NCBI RefSeq assembly: GCF_963921235.1
Contig: NC_086101.1
Location: 5,892,001 to 5,956,000 of the forward strand
Direction: 5' to 3'
DNA from: Mobula hypostoma
Lineage: Eukaryota
Length of the DNA: 64,000 nt
In this document: positions 24,618 through 36,800 of the stretch, in pieces
Layout of the letters: each line of letters starts with the position of its first letter
Position numbering within the stretch: the stretch's first letter is position 1
The notes under the pieces: model-generated
Told to the model about the DNA's origin: nothing
The model's input: only the letters and a program-made list of their open reading frames with translations
The model's database searches: none
Position numbers and translations under genes: made by a program

Positions 24618-24969
24618 ATTGTGAGTCTGTGACCCCTGGTTCCACATACCTTCCAGGGGAAGCATCATTCCTGCCTCTACCCTGTCGATACCCAGTGAGA
24701 CTGTGTCTGTGCCAGTGAGAATACCTCTTATTCTTCTAATTATGAGACAGTCTCAGTCCGTGTAATCTCCCTGAGGACACTACGTGAAGAGTAAAGCTTG
24801 AAAGAAACAGGGCCAAAGTAGAATCGGGATATTCAAGGCATGTTTTTGGACATAATGAGTGATATCTTCCTGGAATCCTCGGCCGGGATGGGGAGTAGTG
24901 GAAGCAGATAAGATTGTGCTGTTTAACAGACATTTAAACAGGGAAATGAACAGGCAGGGAATGGAAGGC

Positions 24970-27900
24970 ATGGATTATTTGCAGGCAACTGTGATGACAT
25001 CATGGTCAGCATAGACAGCGTGGGCAGAATGACCTGTTCCTGTGCTGTACTGTTCTGTGTTCAGTGTTTGAAATATCACAGCCAGGGACCCTGTAATTTC
25101 GTCCCTGGATTCCCACCATGTCAGAGGATAGACTGAGTAAGACCCCTGGGATTTATTCAGCTTTATGTGTTTAAACTGGCCAGCCTCCTTTGTAATGTCG
25201 CTATGTTTTAGGAAATTCGTATTCTCCTCACTGAATTCCCCAGGTTCCATCACCTTCTCCACAGTAAATACAGATGAGAAGTATTTATTTCAGACCTCAC
25301 CCATCTGCTGTGTCTCCACACACAGGTGACCACACTGATCCTTCAAGGGACATATTCCCTGACCAGTTACCCTTTTGTTTTCCACAGACTCACAGAATCT
25401 TTTTTTTTTTCAGAATCACCTTTATCTGACCTGCTAAAGCTATCTCGTGTCCCCTTTTTTGCCCTCCTGATTTTCAGTTTTCTCCTCAAGGACTCCAGCC
25501 TGTTTCCTCCGAGACACCAGAGCCTCACTAACCCTCATCAGCCAGGGTTCCCTCATCCCTCCAGTCTCGCCATTCACTCTGACAGGGACAGGCTGATCCT
25601 GAACCTTTACAGACTCAGTTTTAAAGCCGCTCACTTGCCGGATGTCTGTTTACTTGGGACCACACTGCTGTTCAACACCTTCATTTATTCCCTGACCCCT
25701 TCTATCCTCCCTCAGTTCAGTCTGTTCACTGCTCTGAACATCAGAAATAGCAGCAAGAGGAGGCTGTTCGGCCCCTCACACCTGCTCTCCCACTGAATAG
25801 GATCAAAACCACCTCACTGTGCTACAGATGCAAAGGACGTGACAGAAGTGGAGGTCAGAGAGGAGGGGGAGTTGTGATGTTGATTCGGGAGAACATCACC
25901 ACAGCACTGAGAGAGATCCTTGTGGGGAACGGCCAGTGAGAGTATATTGGTAGGAGTCAGAAATATGGAGATGGTCACTTTGTTGAGATTGTTCTATAGG
26001 ATCCCAAGTATCAGTGAGAATCAGAAAAGTCCATGTGTAGGGTGAATGCAAATAACTGTAGGAATATCAGCATTGTGCTGAGGGATTTGACAGGGTAGGG
26101 TTTATGAGAGTGGTCTGGAATGGTTTCACAAGCAATGTGTAGATGCCCGACTGGAGAAGGAGTCACACTTGACCTCCTCTCAGGACATCAATCTGGGAAG
26201 TGGTTGACGTGTCATTGGGGGGGGGGGCGTCATATTGGGACCGGTGACCATCATTCTGTTAGATATAAAATAGCTCTGGAAATACTTGTGAACGCGTCCT
26301 GAATGGGAACAAAGTGAGATGTTGATGGGATCAGGCAGGAACGTGATGGTTGACTGGTCGAGGCTGTTCACAGGTCAGGGCATATCTGGCCTTAACCTGT
26401 GTTCAATTCAGCATATTACTGCAAGGATGGTAGGATTAGGAAACTATGATTGATGATGGATAATGAGGCACTGATTAGGAAAAAAGAAGCAGGAATGTGT
26501 CAGGTTAAAGGCAGGTTGGATCAAGTGAATCCTTTGAAGACCGTAAGGGATGTGAGAGGGAAGTCAGGGGGCAAAAAGAGGACACGGGACAGGGTTTGAT
26601 ATCAAGTAACGGTGTGACATAAAATATTTTTTGATATTATAAAAGATATTATGTGCAAAAGGGTAAATAGGGAGAGAAAATGTCTCTTAAGGATCAGTTT
26701 GGTCATCTGCGTGTGGAGCTATGGGAGATGTGTGAGGTCTGATTCCTCATTTGTATTTACTGTGGAGAAGGACACGTAAGCTGGGGAATTAAGGGAAGAG
26801 AATAGTAACGACCTGAAACATAGCAACAGGGAGGTGCTGTCAGTCTTGAACACAAAATTGAATGAATCCCTAGAGCCTGACCGAATGCATCCTCGGACCT
26901 TGTGGGGATCCAGGGACATAATTGCTGGGGCCACGGCTGAGATATTTGGAACATTAAACAGAACAGTACAGCACAAGAAAGACCATTCGGCATTGGATCC
27001 CGGGGCAACTGGACAAATGGATGAAACATTTGCCATAGTCAGTAATTTTATGGATGCGAGGTGAGAGTGGAAAATATTTAAGAAGATCTGAAAGGAAACA
27101 TTCTCCACAGAGAAAATGGAAAAAGCTGCAAGCCGAGGTGGATTTTAATAGAACTTTGCAGAAATCATAGTCTTCTAATTATTAAATAATAATTCTTATC
27201 ATCCTATTTCTTTTTATGTTCTGATATAGAGACTGATACATTAATGCTCTGGATGAGAATGTGGATGACCTAATCAGTAAACTTGCAGATGACACCAACA
27301 TTGGTTGTGTGGTGGACAGTGAAGGTGTTTAATTATCATTCAAACATATCATATGACCTTAAGATATAGGAGCTAAATTAGGCCATTTGGCCGGTTGACT
27401 CTGCTCTACTATTTAATCATGCCTGATCCAATTTTCCTCTCAGCCCCAACCCAATCTCCTGCTTCTTCGTGTATCCCTTCCTGCCCTGACCAATCGATAA
27501 TCCATCAACAACTGTCTTAAATATACATAAATACCAGGGCTGCACGGCTGCCTGTGGCAAAGAATTCCACAGATTCACCACTTCATGTCTAAAGAAGTTG
27601 CTTCTCATCTCCATTCTCAAAGCATGCCCCTGTAGTCTGACGCTATATCCTCTGGTCTTAGACCATAGAAAACATGATCTCCACATTCATTCTATCAAGG
27701 CCTTTCATCATTCAATAGGTTTCAATGAGTTCACCCCCCATTCTTCTGAATCCTAGTGAATACAGGTCCAGAGCCGTCAAACGCTCTTCATATGACAAGC
27801 CATTCAATCCTGGAATCATTCTCTGAGCCATCTTTGAACTCATTCCTGTTTCAGCACATCCTTTCTAAAAGAGGACCAAACCTGCTGGCAAAACCTCAAG

Positions 27901-28923
27901 TGAGGCCTCACCAGTGCTTTATAAAGTTTCAACATTACCTTCTAGTCCTCTTCAAATGAATGCTAACCTTGCATTTGCATTCCTCACCACAGAATCAAAC
28001 TGAAAATTATCCTTTAGGGAATCATGCACTAGGACTCCTAAGTTCCTTTTCGCCTCAGATTTTGGTATTTTCTCTCTATTGAGAAAATAATCAACCCATT
28101 GGATTCTTCCATCTGTTTGTGTGTTGCTTCAGATTTCTGCATCCAAAGTCTCATTAAAGTGGCAGGTACAGTGAAGGAAGTTGATGGTCATGCAGTTTGG
28201 TAGAAGGAATAAAGGTATAGAATATTTTCAAAAGGTGGAGCTAATTCAATGGGTCATCATGCAGAATTCACAAAAGAGCAACTTGCAGTTTAAGTCTGTG
28301 GTATGGAATGCAAATACAATGCATTATGCATTTCACAATGTCTGGAATATAAAATCATAAGACCATAAGACCATAAGACAAAGGAGCAGAAGTAGGCCAT
28401 TCGGCCCATTGAGTCTGCTCTGCCATTTTATCATGAGCTGATCCATTTTATCCTATTTATGTATGTCATGCAGAGGAATTATAAGGCATTGGTTAGACTA
28501 CATTTGGAGTATTGTGAACAGTTTTGGGCCCCTAATCTAAGATAGAATCTGACGGCATTTGAGATGGTACTCAAGAATAATCTCGAGAATGAAATGGTTA
28601 ATGTATGAGGAACATTTGATGACTCTGCCCTGTACTCACAAGAGTTTAGAAGAATAAGGGGTGTGGATGGATCTCATTTAATTCAACTGAATATTGATAG
28701 GCCCTGATAGAGTAGATGTGGAGGATGTTTCCTGTTGTGGGGAGTCTGGGACCAGAGGTCACCTTCTCAGAATAGGAGAACGCCCCTTCAGAACAGAGAT
28801 GAGGAGGAATTTATTTCCCAATATGGTCGTGGGTGTATGGAATTCATTGCCACAGATTTCTGTGGAAGACAAGTAATTAGGAACACTTAATATGGAGGTT
28901 GATAGTTTTGATTAGTAAGGGTA
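24970..28923. mobile_element. Cluster of old CR1 fragments on both strands (including minus 3' end at about 27350-28100 and plus 3' part at about 28150-28923 resuming 32344-32472)
   Basis: Decayed CR1 motifs (EPWL, SPGPD-like, RTEMRRNFF, VVNLWNSLP) and CR1 tails. Confidence 0.7.
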
Positions 28924-31900
28924 TGTCATGGTCCCGATCGGGGTCCCTTTAAATTTAGCTTGTTTATGTTACGATCCGGACCGTTGATTCCCTGTTTTCC
29001 CGTGTCCCTCGACTTTGGTGATTAGAGACAACTAACACTCGGCTGAACCGGTAGTTTATAGTCTCCGGCTTTCAGCCGTTCGGGGCGGGAGCGGCTGCAG
29101 CGCCATGGCGTGCCAATGTCATCTGGCCGGAGCAAGTCTGGTCTCCGCCCGAAGCGAGTGCCGGTAATTCGCTTTTCCTCACCGGAGCAACCCTGTCCAG
29201 TTACCTCACCGAAGCCAGCCTGCAAAGTTTCCTCGCCGAGATGGGTCTGTCAGTTAACCCGCCGGAGAGAATCAAGAGCCGCTGTCTACTGTTCCCGGGC
29301 CGAGTCGAGAGCTCGCCACTACCCGGAGGCTCCAAGCACCACGTCCCGGCTCCGGCGGCGTCCAAGTACCACGACCACGACCACGACCACGTCCACGTCC
29401 CGGCTCCGGCGGCGTCCAAGTACCACGACCACGTCCACGTCCCGGCTCCGGCGGCGTCCAAGTACCACGACCACGACCACGTCCACGTCCCGGCTCCGGC
29501 GGCGTCCAAGTACCACGACCACGTCCACGTCCCGGCTCCGGCGGCGTCCAAGTACCACGACCACGTCCACGTCCCGGCTCCGGCGGCGTCCAAGTACCAC
29601 GACCACGTCCACGTCCCGGCTCCGGCGGCGTCCAAGTACCACGACCACGTCCACGTCCCGGCTCCGGCGGCGTCCAGGTACCACGACCACGTCCACGTCC
29701 CGGCTCCGGCGGCGTCCAAGTACCACGACCACGTCCACGTCCCGGCTCCGGCGGCGTCCAAGTACCACGACCACGTCCACGTCCCGGCTCCGGCGGCGTC
29801 CAAGTACCACGACCACGTCCACGTCCCGGCTCCGGCGGCGTCCAAGTACCACGACCACGTCCACGTCCCGGCTCCGGCGGCGTCCAAGTACCACGACCAC
29901 GTCCACGTCCCGGCTCCGGCGGCGTCCAAGTACCACGACCACGTCCACGTCCCGGCTCCGGCGGCGTCCAAGTACCACGACCACGTCCACGTCCCGGCTC
30001 CGGCGGCGTCCAAGTACCACGACCACGTCCACGTCCCGGCTCCGGCGGCGTCCAAGTACCACGACCACGTCCACGTCCCGGCTCCGGCGGCGTCCAAGTA
30101 CCACGACCACGTCCACGTCCCGGCTCCGGCGGCGTCCAAGTACCACGACCACGACCACGTCCACGTCCCGGCTCCGGCGGCGTCCAAGTACCACGACCAC
30201 GACCACGTCCACGTCCCGGCTCCGGCGGCGTCCAAGTACCACGACCACGACCACGTCCACGTCCCGGCTCCGGCGGCGTCCAAGTACCACGACCACGACC
30301 ACGTCCACGTCCCGGCTCCGGCGGCGTCCAAGTACCACGACCACGACCACGTCCACGTCCCGGCTCCGGCGGCGTCCAAGTACCACGACCACGACCACGT
30401 CCACGTCCCGGCTCCGGCGGCGTCCAAGTACCACGACCACGTCCACGTCCCGGCTCCGGCGGCGTCCAAGTACCACGACCACGTCCACGTCCCGGCTCCG
30501 GCGGCGTCCAAGTACCACGACCACGTCCACGTCCCGGCTCCGGCGGCGTCCAAGTACCACGACCACGTCCACGTCCCGGCTCCGGCGGCGTCCAAGTACC
30601 ACGACCACGTCCACGTCCCGGCTCCGGCGGCGTCCAAGTACCACGACCACGTCCACGTCCCGGCTCCGGCGGCGTCCAAGTACCACGACCACGTCCACGT
30701 CCCGGCTCCGGCGGCGTCCAAGTACCACGACCACGTCCACGTCCCGGCTCCGGCGGCGTCCAAGTACCACGACCACGACCACGTCCACGTCCCGGCTCCG
30801 GCGGCGTCCAAGTACCACGACCACGACCACGTCCACGTCCCGGCTCCGGCGGCGTCCAAGTACCACGACCACGACCACGTCCACGTCCCGGCTCCGGCGG
30901 CGTCCAAGTACCACGACCACGACCACGTCCACGTCCCGGCTCCGGCGGCGTCCAAGTACCACGACCACGACCACGTCCACGTCCCGGCTCCGGCGGCGTC
31001 CAAGTACCACGACCACGACCACGTCCACGTCCCGGCTCCGGCGGCGTCCAAGTACCACGACCACGACCACGTCCACGTCCCGGCTCCGGCGGCGTCCAAG
31101 TACCACGACCACGACCACGTCCACGTCCCGGCTCCGGCGGCGTCCAAGTACCACGACCACGACCACGTCCACGTCCCGGCTCCGGCGGCGTCCAAGTACC
31201 ACGACCACGACCACGTCCACGTCCCGGCTCCGGCGGCGTCCAGGTACCACGACCACGACCACGTCCACGTCCCGGCTCCGGCGGCGTCCAGGTACCACGA
31301 CCACGACCACGTCCACGTCCCGGCTCCGGCGGCGTCCAGGTACCACGACCACGACCACGCCCACGTCCCGGCTCCGGCGGCGTCCAGGTACCACGACCAC
31401 GCCCACGTCCCGGCTCCGGCGGCGTCCAGGTACCACGACCACGCCCACGTCCCGGCTCCGGCGGCGTCCAGGTACCACGACCACGCCCACGTCCCGGCTC
31501 CGGCGGCGTCCAGGTACCACGACCACGCCCACGTCCCGGCTCCGGCGGCGTCCAGGTACCACGACCACGCCCACGTCCCGGCTCCGGCGGCGTCCAGGTA
31601 CCACGACCACGTCCTGGCCCTGGCGGTCTGTGATTCCTGTCCTACCCCCTTGTCTGAATCCCTTCTCTGCTCCTCTCGCCTCTAGCCCTCGTCTGCAGCC
31701 CCCGCCTGCACTTCGGTCTCGTTCCATTGCCGGAGCTAGATAGGTACTGTCTGGTGTGTTTTTGTGTTGGTCTTGTCTTGACCCGTCCTCGCCTCCGTGG
31801 GGTAGGTCAGGCCGTCTTGCCGTTGCCCCGCGGAGGATCATGAGTCCCGGCCCTATGTCCTGTACCCAAGGGGGGGTCCTGGCTCTCTGTTCTGTGTGTT

Positions 31901-32338
31901 TGTCCCGGCCCTATGTCCTGTACTCAAGGAGGGGTCCGGACTCTGTGTTCTGTGTATGTGTCCATGGTTCCATGTAACTGCTCTCCCAAGACCGAGGTTC
32001 TATGTTCCCATGTTCCTCCTCTCCCTAGCCCATGTCATGTCCATGCCTGGTTCTGGGGTCCGAGACCGAGGCAAGACCCAGGTACTGGGTCCTTGCCCAG
32101 TCTCGGGCTCGGAGTCCATACCCTAGCCTCTTCATGTCCCCTCTAGTTCTGGGAGCCGATTCTGAGTTCTAGCCTAGACCCTTTGTCCCAGCCTAGTCTA
32201 GTCCTCAGTCCTTGTCCAGTTCGCTACTCCTGCTCCTGCCTAGCTCTCCTGATAGCAAACAATAAACTAAATTTAATTAACCTCACAAGATGGGTCTTGC
32301 ATTTGGGTCTTGCTCCCTATGCCCCCGCCATTGTGACA
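28924..32338 (+). mobile_element. Solo LTR (Gypsy-like) containing an expanded minisatellite
   Basis: TGTCA...TGACA termini. 5-bp TSD GGGTA at 28919-28923 and 32339-32343, inside a CR1 3' end that rejoins seamlessly. AATAAA at 32261. No PBS, PPT or pol. Confidence 0.88.
29338..31613. repeat. GC/CpG-rich minisatellite, about 50 units of 42 bp or 48 bp (one of 54 bp)
   Basis: Unit gtcccggctccggcggcgtccaagtaccacgaccacgtccac, with 0-2 extra gaccac hexamers. Confidence 0.98.
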
Positions 32339-32759
32339 GGGTATCAAAGGTTATGGGAAGAAGGCAGGGGAATGGGTTGGAGATGGATAATAAATCTGCC
32401 ATGTTGGAATGGCAGAGAAGAGGGGATGGGACGAAAGGCCTAACTCTGCTCCAATATATTTGGGTCTTATAGACCAGACTGCCTCACAGAGTGTCAGGAG
32501 AGGATAGACAGGAGCTACATAACTCAACCGATCTCAGTCCATGGAGTTGGGGAGGGAACCGCACCAACACAACTCTTTCCCCAAACTCCAACTGCACAGG
32601 GTGTGGGCTCCAACTGCATCCCCAGAGGGTGAGAACCTAACGCTGGCCAGATCCAAGGTGCGATACACTCAGTGGGGCTCATTCTCCCAGAGCAACACCG
32701 ATGTGGTGTCATGGCCTAAAATGTCGATGGTTTATTCCTCTCCATAGATGCTGCCTTTC

Positions 32760-33420
32760 GGATAGACGGAGCTAGTCACCCGTGGCTGGCTGCTCATAGA
32801 AGAGAAAGAAAACTCTGATCTCAAACCTCCCCTGCTCTGCAGCCATACCCACTCATGGGGAAGGCATCGGTGGTAAACCCCGAGAAAAAGTCCTGAGCTG
32901 GAGTCCCTGCGGCAGTCCTACGTTGAGTTCAATGCTGACTGGCAAAGCCTGCAACGAAGCTGGTGTCAGACTGTATTGGTCTCTACCCGTCCTTTGGATT
33001 CCTCAGCTACATGGAAAGAGGAAGCCTCCTGCGTGGACAACAGCTTGTTCTCCATATCGTACTGTCCTGACTTGTATACTGGCAATGTAGACAGCTTGGA
33101 TGCAACTTCCATAGTCAAGCCTGAACAATGAGGGGCCTCAAATGCTGCCTGACCTGCTGAGTCTGTCTGTCTCCCAGCGGCATGGTGGGGTCCAAGACGG
33201 CTGGGGTAAATTCTGTTGCAGCGAATGGCCAGACCAAGCTTCGATGCAAGGGATGCCCTTTCCGCGCTTCACGGCACGTGTTTGCGAGATGGCCGTTGAC
33301 CCTACGAGAGGGTTCATCCGCCCTTTGACAGGTCTTGTTTCTCGTCCTGCAGGGTGTCTAGCCACGCTTCTCACCAGGCCAGCCTGGTGGAGGAGCCGAT
33401 TTAGTCGCTGACCACCCCAC
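32760..33420. mobile_element. Probable RTE-related non-autonomous element fragments
   Basis: Non-coding GC-rich segments resembling RTE 5'-UTR-derived repeats. Recognition is tentative. Confidence 0.35.
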
Positions 33421-33584
33421 CGATCACTACAAAAAGCCATTTACAAGGACACTGTCAGTCATGGAGGGACTGAGTCACAGGGAAAGGTGGAGCAGGCTGA
33501 ACTTTATTCTTCACAGCGCAGGAAACTGTAGGGTGACCTTATAGAGGTGTATAAAATTGTGAGTGACACACACCAAAGACTACC

Positions 33585-33870
33585 ACAAATTTCTACAGAT
33601 GTACCATAGAGACCAATTTAGTGGGTTGCATCACCATCTAGCATGGAGGAGTCACTGCCCAGGATCGGGAAAAGCTGCAGAGAGTTGTCAACTCAGCCAG
33701 CTCCATCATGGACACTGGTGTCCCCAGCATCGAGGATATCTTCAGCAGATGATGCCTCAAAAAGGCAGCATTCATCATAAAATCCCCCATCATCAGGAGA
33801 TGCCCCCTTCTGATTGCTACCATCAAGCGGGAGGTACAGGAGCCTGAAGACGCACACTCAGTTATTTCTT
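33585..33870 (+). mobile_element. Rex1/Babar 3' fragment
   Basis: Decayed 'KKLQRVVNSA...LPSGRRYRSL' coding remnant. Confidence 0.65.
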
Positions 33871-33874
33871 CAGC

Positions 33875-36800
33875 GGTTTGAACGAGGCACGACTGCGCAA
33901 GCGTGTGGAGCTCGGCCAGTGGGAAGAGTTTAAAAAGAAGACAGATTTACAGAGCGGGCGTCGGAGGAGCGGACGTCATAGTGGGAGGCAGAGTAGGAAG
34001 GCTTTGACTCAACTGGGCTTCGGCGATAAGGGGCTGAGGCCAGGTAGGTTATCTGTTTAAAATAAAGACAAAAAGTATGTGTGTGAGGCCGGTTTTCTGT
34101 GTTCGGTGTCAGATGAGGGAGGTCCTGGAGACTCCCGGCCTCCAGGACGACCACATTTGCACCAAGTGCATCGAGCTGCAGCTCCTTATAGACCATGTTA
34201 GGTAACTGGAGCTGCAGCTCGATGACCTTCTGGTCAAGGAGAATGAAGGTAGCCTCCCCGGGACCACAGGTGACAGAAGTGGGTAACAGTCAGGAGAGGA
34301 AAGGGCAAGAAGCAGGTACCAGAGAGTACTCCAGTGGCTGACCCCCTCAATAATAACTATTCTTGCTTGTGTACTGTTGGGGGAGACGGCCTGCCTGGGG
34401 GAAGCAACAGTGGTCGCGCCTCCGGCACAGAGTCTGGCCCTGTAGCTCAGAAGGGCAGGGAAAGGAAGAGGATAGCAGGGGTAAGAGAGGCTCTATAGTT
34501 AGAGGGTCAGATAGGTGATTCTCTGTACGCAGGAAAGAAACGCGGATGGTAGTTTGCCTCCCAGGTGCCAGGGTCCGGGATGTTTCTGATCGCGTCCACG
34601 GTATCTTGAAGTGGGAAGGAGAACATACGGAGGTCGTGGTACATATTGGTACCAACAATACAAGTAGGAAAACGGAGGAGGTCCTGAAAACAGACTACAA
34701 GGAGTTAGGAAAGTTGAGAAGCAGGACCTCAAAGGTAGTAATCTCGGGATTACTGCCTGTGCCACGTGACAGTGAGTATAGGAATAGAATGAGGTGGAGG
34801 ATAAATGCGTGGCTGAGGGATTACAGCAGGGGGCAGGGATTCAGATTTCTGGATCATTGGGACCTCTTCTGGGGCAGGTCTGACCTGTACAAAAAGGACG
34901 AGTTGTACTTGAATCCCAGGGGGACCAATATCCTGGCGGGAAGGTTTGCCAAGGCTATTGGGGAGAGTTTAAACTAGAATTGCTGGGGGGGGGGGGGGGA
35001 ACCAAACAGAAGTGACGGAGGAAGAGGAGGTTGGCCAACAAATAGAGAAAGCTGGGAGACAGTGCGAAATGGAGGAGAGGCAGGTGATAGAGGAGGGACG
35101 CGCTCAGTCCGATGGTTGAGATGTGTCTATGTTACTGCGAGGCGTATCATGAATAAAGCGGACGAGCTCAGAGGGTGAATCAGCACTTGGAGCTATGCTG
35201 TTGTGGCCATTAAAGAGACTTGGATGCTGCAGGGGCAGGAATGGCTACTTCAAGTGCCAGGCTTTAGATGCTTCAGAATGGATAGGGAGGGAGGCAAAAG
35301 AGGAGGGGCCCTGTTGATCAGAGATAGTGTCACGGCTGAAGAACAGGAGGAAGTCATGGAAATATTATCTATGGAGACTCTGTGGGTGGAAGTTAGAAAT
35401 ACCATAAGACAAAGGAGCAGAAGTCGGCCATTCGGCAAATCGATTCTGTTCCGCCATTTTAACATGAGCTGATCCATTCTCCCATTTAGTCCCACTCCCC
35501 CGCCTTCTCACCATAACCTTTGATGCCCTGTCTACTCAGATACCTACTAATCTCTGCAATAAATACTCCCAATGTCTTGGCCTCCACTGCCGCCGTTGCA
35601 ACAAATTCCATAGATTCACAACCGTCTGGCTAAAAAAAATTTCTTCGCATTTCTGTTCCGAATGGGCTCCCGTCAATCCTTAAGTCATGCCCTCGCGTAC
35701 TGGACTCCACCATCATGGGAAACAACTTTGCCACATCCACTCTGTCCATGCCTTTCAACATTCGAAATGTTTCTATGAGGTCTTCCCTCATTTTTCTAAA
35801 CTCCAAGGAATACAGTCCAAGAGCGGACGAACGTTCCTCATATGTTAACCCTCTCATTCCCGGAATTATTCTAGTGAATCTTCTTGGTACCGTCTCCAAC
35901 ATCAGCACATCCTTTCTTAAATGAGGAGACCAAAACTGCCCTCAGTACACCAAGTGAGGTCTCACCGGCGCCTTATAGAACCTCAACATCACATCCCTGC
36001 TCCTATACTCTATTCCTCTAGAAATGAATGCCAACATTGCATTCGCCGCCTTCACCACCGATTCAACCAGGAGGTTAACCTTAAGGGTATCCTGTACGAG
36101 GACTCCCAAGACCTGTTGCATCTCAGAACTTTGAATTCTCTCCCCATTTAGATAAGTTTGCCCATTTATTTCTTCTGCCAAAGTGCATAACCATACACTT
36201 TCCAACGTTGTATTTCATTTGCCTCTTCTTTACCCATTCTTCCAATCTATCCAAGTCTCTCTGCAGACTGTTTCCTCAGCACTACCGGCCCGTCCACCTA
36301 TCTTCGTATCGTCAGCAAACTTAGCCACAAAGCCATCTATTCCATAATCCAAATCGTTGATGTACAATGTAAAAAGAAGCGGACCCAACATGGGCCCCTG
36401 TGGAACACCACTGGTAACTGGCAGTCAACCAGAACAGGATCCCTTTATTCCCACTCTGTTTCCTGCCAATCAGCCAACGCTCTATCCACGTATGTAACTT
36501 TCCCGTAATTCCATGGGTTCTTATCTTGTTAAGTAGCCTCATGTGTGACACCTTGTCAAAGGCCTTCTGAAAATCCAAATATACAACATCCACTGCATCT
36601 CCCTTGTCTAGCATACTTGTAATTTCCTCACAAAATTGTGATAAGTTTGTCAGGCAGGATTTTCCTTCAAGGAATCCATGCTGAGTTCTGCCTACCTTGT
36701 CATATGCCTTCAGGAACTCTGTAACCTCATCCTTGACAATCGACTCCAACAACTTGCCAACCACCGATGTCAAGTTAACAGGTCTGTAATATCCTTTTTG

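Noticed and set aside
29338..31613. CRISPR-like array
   Set aside because: No unique spacers, no cas genes, and a vertebrate context. It is a plain tandem repeat.
29110..31841. Four long ORFs (664-877 aa) as real protein genes
   Set aside because: They overlap on both strands and arise because the repeat unit has no stop codons. They lie inside a TSD-flanked LTR. Not annotated as CDS.
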